A DNA stretch of 64,000 nt, from contig JBFWNL010000003.1 in the NCBI GenBank assembly GCA_050251055.1, positions 256,001-320,000 of the forward strand. Direction: 5' to 3'. Numbering within the stretch: the stretch's first letter is position 1; every line of letters begins with the position of its first letter. The translations under genes and the position numbers were made by a program. A model generated the notes under the pieces. The model searched no databases. It had not been told where the DNA came from and was given only the letters and a program-made list of their open reading frames with translations. This document shows, in pieces, positions 1 through 10,195 of this stretch. This DNA comes from Bacteriovoracia bacterium (GTDB lineage: Bacteria; Bdellovibrionota; UBA1018; JBFWNL01).

Positions 1-300
1 TCGCCGGCGGACGCGGTTCCTCACATCGTTAGCCTTTCGCTTCCCGGCATGCCCACCGGGCCGCTTTCCAAGCTGCTCGAAGAGCGTGGCTGCCTCGTTT
101 CGACGGGATCGGCTTGCAGCTCCAAGAAAGCGGCGCCCGATCACGTGCTCGAGTGCATGGGCAAGGATTCCTGCGACACCCAAAGCGGCCTGCGCGTGAG
201 CTTTTGCTCCTCGAACACCCTCGAAGAAGTCGATTGCTTGGTGACGGCGCTCGACGACTCCATCCAGCGCGTCCATCAGCTGCTCAGCGGCAACCTCTAA
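1..300 (+). CDS. Cysteine desulfurase (IscS/NifZ-like), C-terminal part, 5'-truncated by the window edge
   Basis: Frame is open from base 1. VSTGSACSS catalytic-Cys motif and LRVSF...NTLEEVD tail of class V PLP desulfurases. Lies 3 nt upstream of thiI. Confidence 0.9.
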   Translation, partial: SPADAVPHIVSLSLPGMPTGPLSKLLEERGCLVSTGSACSSKKAAPDHVLECMGKDSCDTQSGLRVSFCSSNTLEEVDCLVTALDDSIQRVHQLLSGNL

Positions 301-303
301 GCC

Positions 304-1599
304 ATGACGTCCCCAATAAGCGAAGTTATCCAACCCGTTCTCATCCGCTACGGCGAAATTGCGCTCCGCAAGCGCAACCGGCCCGTCTTCGAGCGTAAAC
401 TCGGGGAGGCCGTGGCGCTGACCGTGAGGCGCGCGTGGGAACGCGCGCACCCCGACCGCGAAGCCCCACCAATTTCCTATTCATTACTGCATGGACGCCT
501 TTTCCTGCACGCGCCGTGGAACGAGATCACCCGCGACGCCATCCAACGCACATTCGGCATCGTGAGCTTCAGTCCCGCTCGTACCGTGCCAACCGAGCTG
601 CCCGCGCTCGTCCGCGCCGGTAAAGAAGAGTTCGCACGCTACGTCGAAAATCGCGGTTTGCCGGCGAACTTCGCGGTGGAGACCCGCCGTAGCGACAAGG
701 CCCTGCCCGAGACTTCCATGCAGATCGACTCGGCCGTGGGGGCCGCCATCCTGGAGAAGTTCCCGCAGCTACCGGTGAAGCTGCAGAAACCCGCCTGCAC
801 CTTGGGGATCGAGATTCGCCGCGGACATTCGTACGTGTGGACCGAAGTGATCGACGGGCCGGGTGGTCTGCCCTACAGCAGTAATAGCAAGGTCCTTACC
901 CTGCTTTCCGGCGGCATTGATTCGGTGGTCGCCGCGATCCAAATGCTCAAACGTGGAGCACCCACCTCACTCATTCACTTTTACGGAACGCCGTTCGTGG
1001 GGGAAGACGTGCTGCACAAGGTGCGCGACCTCGCGGGGCTAATCAATCGCTACGCGCCCGCCCCGCAGAAACTCTATGTGGTCCCCTTTGGAAAGATCCA
1101 AGAGAAGATCGCGCTCGCCGTGACCCCCACCTATCGGACCCTGCTTTACCGCCGCATGATGATGCGAATCGCGACGGAAGGTGCGAAGCTTATCTCGGCC
1201 CGCGCCCTCGTTACGGGCGATAACCTCGGTCAGGTCTCTAGCCAGACGCTCGAGAACATGGCCACGGTAGAGGACGCCTCCGGGCTGCCGGTACTCCGGC
1301 CGCTGCTCACCTACGACAAGCAGGAAATCGTCGATATTGCCCACCGCCTGGGGACCTTCGAAACCTCCATCCGCCCGGGCCTGGATTGCTGCACGCTCTT
1401 TGCGGACCGAAACCCTGCGATCAAAGCCCGTCTGGATTCAATCTTAGCCGAAGAAGCGAAGTTTCCCGTGGACGAATACGTGAAGGAAGCGCTGGCGGGA
1501 GCGTGGCTCGATCACGCAAATGCCGCTAGTAGAGTGTCTGTACCGCTTGCCGATACAGTTCGAGCTTCCAGTTCTGCGGCCCCAGCCATTTCGTCGTGA
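304..1599 (+). CDS. thiI: tRNA 4-thiouridine synthase ThiI (short form, no C-terminal rhodanese domain)
   Basis: IRYGEIALRKRNR N-terminus, THUMP region, GPGGLP, PP-loop LLSGGIDS, GDNLGQVSSQT and DCC motifs. Confidence 0.95.
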   Translation: MTSPISEVIQPVLIRYGEIALRKRNRPVFERKLGEAVALTVRRAWERAHPDREAPPISYSLLHGRLFLHAPWNEITRDAIQRTFGIVSFSPARTVPTELPALVRAGKEEFARYVENRGLPANFAVETRRSDKALPETSMQIDSAVGAAILEKFPQLPVKLQKPACTLGIEIRRGHSYVWTEVIDGPGGLPYSSNSKVLTLLSGGIDSVVAAIQMLKRGAPTSLIHFYGTPFVGEDVLHKVRDLAGLINRYAPAPQKLYVVPFGKIQEKIALAVTPTYRTLLYRRMMMRIATEGAKLISARALVTGDNLGQVSSQTLENMATVEDASGLPVLRPLLTYDKQEIVDIAHRLGTFETSIRPGLDCCTLFADRNPAIKARLDSILAEEAKFPVDEYVKEALAGAWLDHANAASRVSVPLADTVRASSSAAPAISS

Positions 1600-2080
1600 T
1601 TTTTCCGTCCCGGCTGATCAGGAAAGTCTCCGGATACTGGTAGGAGCCATAATGCTCGGCCGTCTTCGTACTCGTGTCCAACACCGAGACGATGTGTGGA
1701 GGCCACTCCCCGCCCGGCAAGACCTTGGCCGCATCCTCCCAATTGGCGTCCAAACTCACGAAAATCAACGCGGTCTTTTGGGGATCTAAGGTTTTCCCAA
1801 ACTCGAGCATCGGCGCGAGCTCATCAAGGCAGGGCGGACACCAACTCGCCCAAAAATGGATTAACACTACCCGGCCCTTGAAGTCGGCCAAACCCCTAAG
1901 CTTACCCGCTTTATCCGGATGGCTGAAGGCGGGGGCGGGCCGAAGGGCCGCCGAGCCTCCCTCCCGAGCATCCCGGGGGCGATTCAGGACAAAAAAGACC
2001 GTCACGATTCCGACGAGGGCGACAAAGAGACCGCCGATCAGTAGCTTAGACTTACGGTTTTCATTCATGTATTTCCCCAT
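1526..2080 (-). CDS. TlpA/ResA-family membrane-anchored thioredoxin-like disulfide reductase
   Basis: N-terminal TM segment, HFWASWCPPC active site and YPETFLI cis-Pro motif. Start uncertain (ATG 2080 or 2068). Confidence 0.9.
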   Translation of the reverse strand: MGKYMNENRKSKLLIGGLFVALVGIVTVFFVLNRPRDAREGGSAALRPAPAFSHPDKAGKLRGLADFKGRVVLIHFWASWCPPCLDELAPMLEFGKTLDPQKTALIFVSLDANWEDAAKVLPGGEWPPHIVSVLDTSTKTAEHYGSYQYPETFLISRDGKITTKWLGPQNWKLELYRQAVQTLY

Positions 2081-2132
2081 CTTCCCGCGTCGAAAGCGGA
2101 AATAAAACATGATTTCAAGCAATTACCAAAAT

Positions 2133-2162
2133 TTGCATTCCGCCGCGTTTCCTCAGTATAAT
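2133..2162 (+). promoter_or_regulatory. Putative sigma70 promoter TTGCAT-N18-TATAAT for the HNH gene (leaderless geometry)
   Basis: Perfect -10 TATAAT at 2157-2162 with the ATG 7 nt downstream. Confidence 0.6.
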
Positions 2163-2169
2163 CAATAGT

Positions 2170-2697
2170 ATGGGAGATCATACTCTCGTACTAAACGCCT
2201 CCTTCGAACCTCTGTCGATCATCAGCTGGCAACGAGCCATCCAACTTTTATTCCTGGGCAAAGTCGAAGTCATCGAGGAGTCCGAGCGCGAGATTCGCAC
2301 CGTGCGCTTCACGATCAAGGCGCCCGCCGTGCTTCGCATGCTCAGCTACATCCCGATCGCGAAAAAGCGGCAGATCATCCGTTTCTCCCGCGCCAATGTT
2401 TTCATCCGGGACCAATACCAATGCCAATACTGCGCCGACGTGCTGCCTCGCCAGCAGCTCACGCTCGATCACGTCGTGCCCTCCGTCCAAGGCGGGGAGA
2501 AAAACTGGCACAACATCGTCACTTCCTGCAAAGATTGCAACCAGCGCAAAGGGGGTCGCACGCCGGCGCAAGCGAACATGCACCTCATTCGGAAGCCGCG
2601 CGAACCGCGCTGGCTGCCGAGCAGTCAGTTGAATTTCAGCATTTCCTTCATGCCCGACCGCTGGAAAACGTATTTATACATCGATACGGAAGTCTAG
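2170..2697 (+). CDS. HNH endonuclease family protein
   Basis: LVLNASFEPL N-terminus. RD-x3-CQYC, TLDHVVP-x3-GG, NIVTSCKDCN-x2-K HNH signature. Confidence 0.92.
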   Translation: MGDHTLVLNASFEPLSIISWQRAIQLLFLGKVEVIEESEREIRTVRFTIKAPAVLRMLSYIPIAKKRQIIRFSRANVFIRDQYQCQYCADVLPRQQLTLDHVVPSVQGGEKNWHNIVTSCKDCNQRKGGRTPAQANMHLIRKPREPRWLPSSQLNFSISFMPDRWKTYLYIDTEV

Positions 2698-2702
2698 GTC
2701 CC

Positions 2703-3221
2703 GTGGCGCTCCTGAAAAAAAAGAAAACCCAGCCGGCGGATAAGGCCACTGGCGAAGCGGCCACTCCCCATCCGGTAGCGGAAGCGATTGATCTCTGTCT
2801 TTCCCTCTGCAAAGACACCCTTCCGGATCCCCGGTCGGTGGAAATCGTCCACCGGCAGGTTCTAAAAAAATTGCAAACCTCCAAGGGTGAGCGCCGCTTC
2901 CGCGAATTCGAGCGCGCCTGGGTTTTGAAAACCGCCTTTCAAAGCATACTCGCCGTAGGCAAGCGCTTGCCCCGCCGCCTGAGTGCCGCCGAGCAGTTGG
3001 GACTCGATGCTAGCGCGGGAGTGGACTCCCGCCTGGGCCAGTTCGACGTGTACTTCAATCGCCTTCACGTGGAAGAGCGCGTGCTGCTCGTGCTGCTGGA
3101 AAAATACAAGTTTCCCATGGAAGAGGTGGCCATGATCATGGGCAGCCCCCTGGGCACTCTGAAACTGCGTCGCCACCAGGCCATGAAATCCCTGCGGGAG
3201 TGGATTTGGGAACAGCAATGA
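2703..3221 (+). CDS. Degenerate ECF-type sigma factor-like protein (region 4 recognisable)
   Basis: C-terminal LHVEERVLLVL...MEEVAMIMGSPLGTLKLRRHQAMKSLRE resembles the sigma70 region 4 HTH. ATGA overlap with a zinc anti-sigma gene. Start taken at GTG 2703 after the HNH stop. Confidence 0.65.
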   Translation: MALLKKKKTQPADKATGEAATPHPVAEAIDLCLSLCKDTLPDPRSVEIVHRQVLKKLQTSKGERRFREFERAWVLKTAFQSILAVGKRLPRRLSAAEQLGLDASAGVDSRLGQFDVYFNRLHVEERVLLVLLEKYKFPMEEVAMIMGSPLGTLKLRRHQAMKSLREWIWEQQ

Positions 3222-4141
3222 ACTGCGGAGAATGGAACCGCCACTTTTCCGATTACCTCGATGGCGTGCTTCCCGAAGCGCTCCAATCGGAAACCGACGC
3301 GCATCTAAAGACCTGTCAAAAATGCACGTCCGAGATGAAACAGTTCCGTACCTTGGCCGAGGTGCTGGCCAACAAGGCGCCCCAGAGCGCGCATCTCACG
3401 GTTGCCGGACCGGCGGTCACCGCTCCAAAACGCTGGGAGCGGGCGCCCTGGTTCATTCGCAGCGGCGTCGAAGGCATGGGCGTCGCCGTGATGGTGCTCG
3501 CGGTCGTACTGGCCCTGCCCCGCTTGCGCGGATTCTACGAAAACAACCTGGAAAAGCGACTATCGGCGTTCGACATGGCCGATATCGTTTCGGACCAGAG
3601 CGTCCCGAACCAGAAAAAATCGGCGGCCGCGCCGGACGGTGGCGACCCTCTGTCGGCGGCGATCCCCCCCGACTGCACGAGCAACTCGGTGGAGTGCATG
3701 ATTCCACTCGCCGCCACGGAAACGCCCGCGGTGGCCGACGCGGCGGAAACCCTTGAGGAAGAAGCGCCCCCCGAGGAAGAACCCACGCCCGAGCCCGTGA
3801 ACATCACCGTGGGTAACTCCGAGATCTGGCGCTTTGAGATCAAAACGGAAAGCCCTCAGGAAATCAAACCCTGGCTGATCCAGACCCTCTCGGAGGTCGC
3901 CGAGGCGACGGATCCGCTCACTCCCAACGAAGTTCCGGGCGGTATCCAGTTTGACGTGCTCATCAAGAAAGAATCTGTGCTCAGGCTCAAGGGCCTGCTC
4001 GAAACGAAGGTGAAGCCTACTCCGGGAACTCCCGTCGTCGCCGGTGTCCTGAAAAACTCGCTCACCTGGTTCAAAAAACGCGCTCCCCAAGGCGTGCCCA
4101 CCGGCAAAACGCGCGTGGTGGTCTGGGTTTCCCAGATCTAA
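3218..4141 (+). CDS. Zinc-finger (zf-HC2/ZAS) transmembrane anti-sigma factor
   Basis: MNC...SDYLDG...HLKTCQKC (HxxxCxxC), one TM helix, an acidic Pro-rich linker and a C-terminal periplasmic domain. Confidence 0.8.
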   Translation: MNCGEWNRHFSDYLDGVLPEALQSETDAHLKTCQKCTSEMKQFRTLAEVLANKAPQSAHLTVAGPAVTAPKRWERAPWFIRSGVEGMGVAVMVLAVVLALPRLRGFYENNLEKRLSAFDMADIVSDQSVPNQKKSAAAPDGGDPLSAAIPPDCTSNSVECMIPLAATETPAVADAAETLEEEAPPEEEPTPEPVNITVGNSEIWRFEIKTESPQEIKPWLIQTLSEVAEATDPLTPNEVPGGIQFDVLIKKESVLRLKGLLETKVKPTPGTPVVAGVLKNSLTWFKKRAPQGVPTGKTRVVVWVSQI

Positions 4142-4144
4142 GTT

Positions 4145-5476
4145 TTAAGGATTGTACGACTCGAGATCGACCCCCGGGGCCTGCTTATCCCCTTCCACGC
4201 GTTGGTCGAAATATTCCTGGGAGAATATCAGGCGCTGACTCTTGTTCTGGCCACTTGGTTTCACGATCTCCCGGTTCTGATGTTCGGGAATCTTTTCATC
4301 TGGGAAATACTTGCGATAAATCAGCTGTACCCGACTCAACGAGGCCGGCTTGCCGTCAGTGCCGGCGGCCACTGCCTGATCCGAGGTCGGATGTCGGTCA
4401 GCGGAGCCTGCGCCCGTAACGTCCGCGGCGGTCCTCGCTCCCAAATCGTCCACGGTCGTCTTCAAAATATGCTTCATGCGCGCGGTTTCAACTGCCTGCT
4501 CCTCGGGCGTGGGCTTGGCCGCAGCCGCGCCTCCATCCTGGCGATTGACGGCGTCGATTAGCATATTGCGCGCGCGGATATAGGCGACGATCCCCAGCTT
4601 GCCGGATGCCGCTTCGAGATTTTTATGCTCGACGATGGACTTCGTCCCTGGCCTCACGGCGTAGTTCTCGGCCGCTTTCATCTCCTTGCGGTAATCGGCC
4701 ATTCGGTCCTTGAAAGCCTCATATTTTTTGACCGCGGCTTCGTAATCTTTGCGACGAAAGCAAATTCCCGTGGGTGTCTTGTCCGGACAATAAGGGTCGC
4801 GGCGAATTCGGGAAACCTTGCCCACGGCGGGATTATCCGGATCGATCGGGACCATGCTATATTCCACAAAGTCATCGATGTTCGGCACCGGTTGGGTGTT
4901 GGCGTTCACCCACCGCTCAAATTTGGCGTTGTTTACGTCGACCTGCCGTAAGGAGGCGTCGGAGTCATAAACCCGCGCGAGATCCGCGGCCGTCGGCGGA
5001 TCGATGGGACGCTCCGGCTTACGCAGCTCGGGATTGTCCACCACGATCGTGCCCCCGATTTTTTGATCGTAGGCCACCCCACTGGGATCCACGACGCGCA
5101 CATTCGAGTCCAAGCTCTTGATCTGATCGCCCAATTTCACGTGGGCCTGCCGGAGAGCGTAGAGTTCTTCCTTCGTCACTCGCTTGTACCGACGGAAACA
5201 GTCGTCGCCGCTCTCCCCGACGTAGCAAAAACCGCCGAGGTTCTCCCGCGCCAATTGGTCGCGTTGATCTTGGGTACGCGCGCTCGCTAATGCGCTTTCT
5301 AGCAGGTCGATCTTTTCTATGGTGTAAAGGGTCTGCAGGGAATTGAGATCCTGGGCCCGGCGATAGGCGCATTCCTGTCCGCATTCGCGATAGGCGGAAT
5401 CATCCGCCCAAACCGCGAAAATCGGGGCTAGGAGCAGCGATAGCCATAGGGTGAAGCTGCAGACCACTCTGAACAT
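4145..5476 (-). CDS. Hypothetical secreted protein with paired cysteines
   Basis: Long ORF. Signal peptide from ATG 5476 (MFRVVCSFTLWLSLLLAPIFAVWA), with an AAGAGG RBS upstream. Confidence 0.75.
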   Translation of the reverse strand: MFRVVCSFTLWLSLLLAPIFAVWADDSAYRECGQECAYRRAQDLNSLQTLYTIEKIDLLESALASARTQDQRDQLARENLGGFCYVGESGDDCFRRYKRVTKEELYALRQAHVKLGDQIKSLDSNVRVVDPSGVAYDQKIGGTIVVDNPELRKPERPIDPPTAADLARVYDSDASLRQVDVNNAKFERWVNANTQPVPNIDDFVEYSMVPIDPDNPAVGKVSRIRRDPYCPDKTPTGICFRRKDYEAAVKKYEAFKDRMADYRKEMKAAENYAVRPGTKSIVEHKNLEAASGKLGIVAYIRARNMLIDAVNRQDGGAAAAKPTPEEQAVETARMKHILKTTVDDLGARTAADVTGAGSADRHPTSDQAVAAGTDGKPASLSRVQLIYRKYFPDEKIPEHQNREIVKPSGQNKSQRLIFSQEYFDQRVEGDKQAPGVDLESYNP

Positions 5477-5490
5477 ATGCCCTCTTAAAG

Positions 5491-5507
5491 AGCAAAGAGC
5501 AGGCCAA
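5491..5507 (-). promoter_or_regulatory. Candidate sigma54 (-24/-12) site TTGGCCTGCTCTTTGCT
   Basis: GG-N10-GC with TGGC and TTGCT matching consensus. Very close to the start codon. Confidence 0.35.
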
Positions 5508-5582
5508 GCCCTCGACGCCAGCGCGCCATCTCGCGCATATATATATCTGAAATCACTCAGCTTTCGGTCCACTACCCTAGGC

Positions 5583-5611
5583 TTATCGGCGGAAACTCGC
5601 CCAAAGCTTAG
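5583..5611 (-). promoter_or_regulatory. Candidate sigma28/FliA promoter CTAAG-N16-GCCGATAA
   Basis: Perfect GCCGATAA -10 element with a TAAG -35, upstream of 4145..5476. Confidence 0.55.
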
Positions 5612-5653
5612 ACAGTTGGCGAGGGAACGACGATCGAGCGGCGAGGCGCCCCG

Positions 5654-6640
5654 TCAGAACGCCAGCGGCAACGATTGAAGAAGCTCCCCGTTCGCCGCCT
5701 TGCGGGCCTCGAGCGTCAACCGCGGCTTGCCGCCTTTTTCTTCGGGCCATTCGATGACCACGGACCCGTAGTTTTTCTCGACGAAGCCTTTCCCAACTCG
5801 CGCCGGATTCCGGGGTGGGCCTCCGACGCGCACATGCGTGAGCCCGCTCGAAGTGAAATCGTAAAGGGGCTTGCCGTCGGCCAGCTGAACCGTGGCGACC
5901 TCGGTAAAGTGACGATCACCGCTGATCACGAGGTAATTCCGGCCGCGCGCGCGCCCTTCGACCAATCGCTGAAACAGCCGCGCTCGGTCGGTGGGATAGC
6001 CTCCCCACGTGTCTCCCCCCGTCCCCATCGACACCACCTGGGTGCTCGAGCCGATAATCGTCAGCTGGGCTTCGTCTTCCCGCAGAACTTTCTCCAACCA
6101 GATCCACTGCGCGGGCCCCAGGATCGTCGCCGAGTCGGGTCCAGGTACGTCGCGAAAATAACGCTCATCCGGCAAAATCACCCGCACCTGGCGTCCGGTA
6201 GGACCGTAGGTCCAGGTTTGGTAGATCCCTTCCTGCGCACGTTGCGGGCTGTCTTTAGTGAAACCGAAAAAATCCAAAAAAAGCTGCTGACTCTCGCGCC
6301 GATGTTTGTAGTTCTTGCCGACGTTATTGTCGCCGTAATCATGATCATCCCAGGTACCGATCATCGGCACCGCGCCCGCGAACTTCACGAAGAAAGGATT
6401 GCGCTTGAGCCGATTCCACTCCTTCTCGCGTCCGGACGGGGACTTAAGATCGGCGTAGATATTATCACCTAACCACACCCAAAGCTGGGGTGCCTGCTTG
6501 GCCACGGATTCCCAATAATTCTGTGGATCCGTCTGATGGTTACAGGAACCGAAGCTGAATCGGGTCAAGGTGGATTCCACACTCGGAACCGGCGTCGCGT
6601 GCGCCCCGCCCACCCACAAAATCAATGCGGCTAAAACCAT
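5654..6640 (-). CDS. Alkaline phosphatase D (PhoD) family metallophosphoesterase
   Basis: FGSCN, WLGDNIYAD, TWDDHDY, QWxWLE, ISGDRH and TSSGL motifs. Sec-type signal from ATG 6640. Confidence 0.9.
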   Translation of the reverse strand: MVLAALILWVGGAHATPVPSVESTLTRFSFGSCNHQTDPQNYWESVAKQAPQLWVWLGDNIYADLKSPSGREKEWNRLKRNPFFVKFAGAVPMIGTWDDHDYGDNNVGKNYKHRRESQQLFLDFFGFTKDSPQRAQEGIYQTWTYGPTGRQVRVILPDERYFRDVPGPDSATILGPAQWIWLEKVLREDEAQLTIIGSSTQVVSMGTGGDTWGGYPTDRARLFQRLVEGRARGRNYLVISGDRHFTEVATVQLADGKPLYDFTSSGLTHVRVGGPPRNPARVGKGFVEKNYGSVVIEWPEEKGGKPRLTLEARKAANGELLQSLPLAF

Positions 6641-6737
6641 TTCCACCCCCAAAAAAGATAGAGGGAGAAAATCAAAAGCCGGCAAGGCTCGCAAGCATTT
6701 TTGCGGTATTTTTCGGCTTTTTAAGCGTGAATGAGAA

Positions 6738-7589
6738 TTACTGCTCCGCGCGAGCTTGTCCTGCGCAAGGATTCGTCTGGCCTTGCGGAAGATAGAAGTT
6801 CGCTGCCGGCACGGGGCTCCACCCGCGGGCCAGTAGATTGGTATAGGCCGCCTTCGGCTGATAACTGCCGCCTACCGACTGCGCCGGGTCGAACCAGACT
6901 TCGTTCCCCGTCACGCCGCAGGCGGGATCCGCGGCGTTGCCGTACTGCGCGTCGTTTGGCGCCAAGCGCCACAACAAGATCAGAGAAATGTGGAAGCGCG
7001 GACCTTGGAAGTAGTCGAGGTCCATCGGGTAGCTCTCGCCCGGCTGCATGTTCACCGGGATACTCGGGCAGCCCAAACGGGTCGGATGCGTGAGATCGTT
7101 GTTCACGACTTCTTGGAAACCTTCGCCGCGGTCCACCCGCAAGATGGCGCCGTCGTCGGAAAGGAGCGCGAACTGATAATCGCCTGCCACGTCGCCGGCG
7201 TTCAAGCGAAGCTCGCTTTCATAGTGCAGCGTGAACCACTCGAGTAGAACCTCGCCGCCATTGTTCTGCAAAAGCGCCCCTTGCGTCGTTTCGAATCCCG
7301 CCGAAAACAGGCGCGTCGGAACGAAAAGCTGGTTGAAATAGAGAATCGCGGGCACCGGAATGCCGTTCGCCTGGTAGTCCATCACGCTATCGTAAGGCGG
7401 CTGACCCGTGAGGTATTTCAGATCGGCTACGAGCCCATTTTGAGGCGTCACCGGCGCGCCGTTGGGATCGCAAACCAATGCCGGCCCGGGACTATTTTGC
7501 TGCAAGTTATGCAGGGGAATGCCGTCCGTACAGCCGCAAGCGGCGCTTAAGATAAGAATGCTCGCTATTTTATTGAATCCCATGCCCAT
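6738..7589 (-). CDS. PA14-domain lipoprotein
   Basis: Lipobox-like SAACGC. EWFTL, GDYQFALLSDDGAIL, NNDLTH and LDYFQGP...LILLW are PA14 hallmarks. Confidence 0.8.
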   Translation of the reverse strand: MGMGFNKIASILILSAACGCTDGIPLHNLQQNSPGPALVCDPNGAPVTPQNGLVADLKYLTGQPPYDSVMDYQANGIPVPAILYFNQLFVPTRLFSAGFETTQGALLQNNGGEVLLEWFTLHYESELRLNAGDVAGDYQFALLSDDGAILRVDRGEGFQEVVNNDLTHPTRLGCPSIPVNMQPGESYPMDLDYFQGPRFHISLILLWRLAPNDAQYGNAADPACGVTGNEVWFDPAQSVGGSYQPKAAYTNLLARGWSPVPAANFYLPQGQTNPCAGQARAEQ

Positions 7590-7636
7590 ATCTCCCTCTC
7601 AGAACAAATCCAGGCTCCCAAACAAGGAGATGGAAT

Positions 7637-7652
7637 TGCAAAAGGGAAACCA
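7637..7652 (-). promoter_or_regulatory. Candidate sigma54 site TGGTTTCCCTTTTGCA upstream of the PA14 lipoprotein gene
   Basis: GG-N10-GC spacing with a TTTGCA -12 element. Weak -24 match. Confidence 0.3.
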
Positions 7653-7699
7653 ACCCCTCGCCGACCTATGCGGGGATTAACTCGGAATTGGCGGACGCG

Positions 7700-7722
7700 C
7701 GCTGTCTACGAACTAGACAGCG
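7700..7722 (-). terminator. 9-bp hairpin downstream of rplQ (possible 3' end or stabiliser of the alpha operon)
   Basis: CGCTGTCTA-CGAAC-TAGACAGCG inverted repeat. No U-tract. Confidence 0.35.
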
Positions 7723-7747
7723 AACCACGATCCGGACAAAGGCCGTT

Positions 7748-8332
7748 TTAGACTTTTTTGGATTTACCGGTCGACTTCGTCGCCGAGGCGCCGCGATCCG
7801 CGTTCGAGGTGGCCTTGGTGGCCTTACCGCGAGACTTGGAGCCGCTGAACACCTTGCGGAAGCGGCCGAACGGATCGGCTTGCTTGCCGGCGCCGGCTTG
7901 ATCGGTTTCCTGCGTTTCCGAAGCCTTCTTCTGGGCGTCGGTCGCGGGAGCCTTGCGCTTGCGGTCGATCGGTGGGTGATCCACCAATTCCACCACCGCC
8001 ATCTGGGCGGCGTCGCCGCGACGAAGCTCGGACATCTTCAAGATGCGGGTGTAACCGCCGGCGCGGGCCTTGTAACGCTCGGCCAGCTCGCCGAAGAGCT
8101 TCGTCACCACCGCGCGATCGCGGGTGCGGTCAAACGCCAAACGGCGGCTCGCCAAGTTGGCGTTCTTGCCGAGCGTGACCAGACGATCAACGTGACGGCG
8201 GATTTCCTTCGCCTTCGGCACCGTGGTGATGATCTGTTCCATCTTGATGACCGAGTTGGCCATGTTCCGGTACATCGCCTTGCGGTGCGAAGTATTACGA
8301 CCTAATTTTCTTCCGTCTACGCCGTGTCTCAT
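7748..8332 (-). CDS. rplQ: 50S ribosomal protein L17 with long C-terminal extension
   Basis: MRH...RKLGR...HRKA and GGYTRILK motifs. Downstream of rpoA. Confidence 0.97.
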   Translation of the reverse strand: MRHGVDGRKLGRNTSHRKAMYRNMANSVIKMEQIITTVPKAKEIRRHVDRLVTLGKNANLASRRLAFDRTRDRAVVTKLFGELAERYKARAGGYTRILKMSELRRGDAAQMAVVELVDHPPIDRKRKAPATDAQKKASETQETDQAGAGKQADPFGRFRKVFSGSKSRGKATKATSNADRGASATKSTGKSKKV

Positions 8333-8370
8333 GACTGCTTCCTATCGTTTACTGCGGTAAATCCTAACCC

Positions 8371-9447
<1,077 letters not shown>

Positions 9448-9547
9448 CTCATTCTCCCGTTGTCTTACGTTAGGCTATATTAAGGGCCTACCGGATGAAC
9501 TGGGTGCGCGTCGACCACCTCGACCCGCACCATCCACCATTAAAAAA

Positions 9548-10174
9548 TTACTTCGAGTACAACTCCACCACCAAGCGTTCTTCCATCGGCGCGGTGATAT
9601 CATCGCGAGTCGGAAGATCGCGCACGCGGGCCTTGAAGCCGGCGGCATCGAGTTCCAACCACTGCGGAATTTCCCGGCGCTTCACGGATTCGAGCGCGGC
9701 CTGAATGCGAGTCACGCCCTTGCTCTTTTCCTTCACTTCCACCAGGTCGCCCTTGCTGATCATGAACGAAGGGACGTTCACGCGGCGGCCGTTCACGACG
9801 AAGTGGCCGTGGCGGACCATCTGGCGGGCTTCGGTGCGGGAATTCGCGAAACCGGAACGATAAGCGACGTTATCGAGGCGGCGCTCCAGCATGCTCAAGA
9901 GCATGGAGCCGGTAACGCCCTTGGAGGCCGAAGCCTTCTCGAACAGGTTGCGGAACTGACGTTCCAGCAAACCGTAGGTCTTCTTGATCTTCTGCTTTTC
10001 GCGGAGCTGCAGACCGTACTCCGAGAACTTGATACGGCCTTGGCCGTGCTGTCCCGGCGGGTAACCGCGGCGCTCGAACGCGCACTTCTCGGTGAAACAA
10101 CGATCGCCTTTCAGAAACAGCTTCTGATTTTCGCGGCGGCAGATTCTACAAACAGATTCACAATAACGAGCCAT
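9548..10174 (-). CDS. rpsD: 30S ribosomal protein S4
   Basis: CRICRRE, PPGQHG, QLREKQK, LERRLDN and VVELYSK. Confidence 0.99.
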   Translation of the reverse strand: MARYCESVCRICRRENQKLFLKGDRCFTEKCAFERRGYPPGQHGQGRIKFSEYGLQLREKQKIKKTYGLLERQFRNLFEKASASKGVTGSMLLSMLERRLDNVAYRSGFANSRTEARQMVRHGHFVVNGRRVNVPSFMISKGDLVEVKEKSKGVTRIQAALESVKRREIPQWLELDAAGFKARVRDLPTRDDITAPMEERLVVELYSK

Positions 10175-10195
10175 GTTTCCTTCTACTTCCTTAAA

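Noticed and set aside
1-1599. Desulfurase-thiI pair with rhodanese-less ThiI as a novelty
   Set aside because: Known arrangement (nifZ-thiI type).
2170-2697. HNH gene as a homing endonuclease or mobile element
   Set aside because: Standalone LVLNASxEPL-type HNH with no intron, intein, terminal repeats or interrupted host gene visible.
2421-2702. N-terminal extension of the 266-aa sigma-like ORF
   Set aside because: Overlaps the HNH gene out of frame. GTG 2703 right after the HNH stop is the more plausible start.
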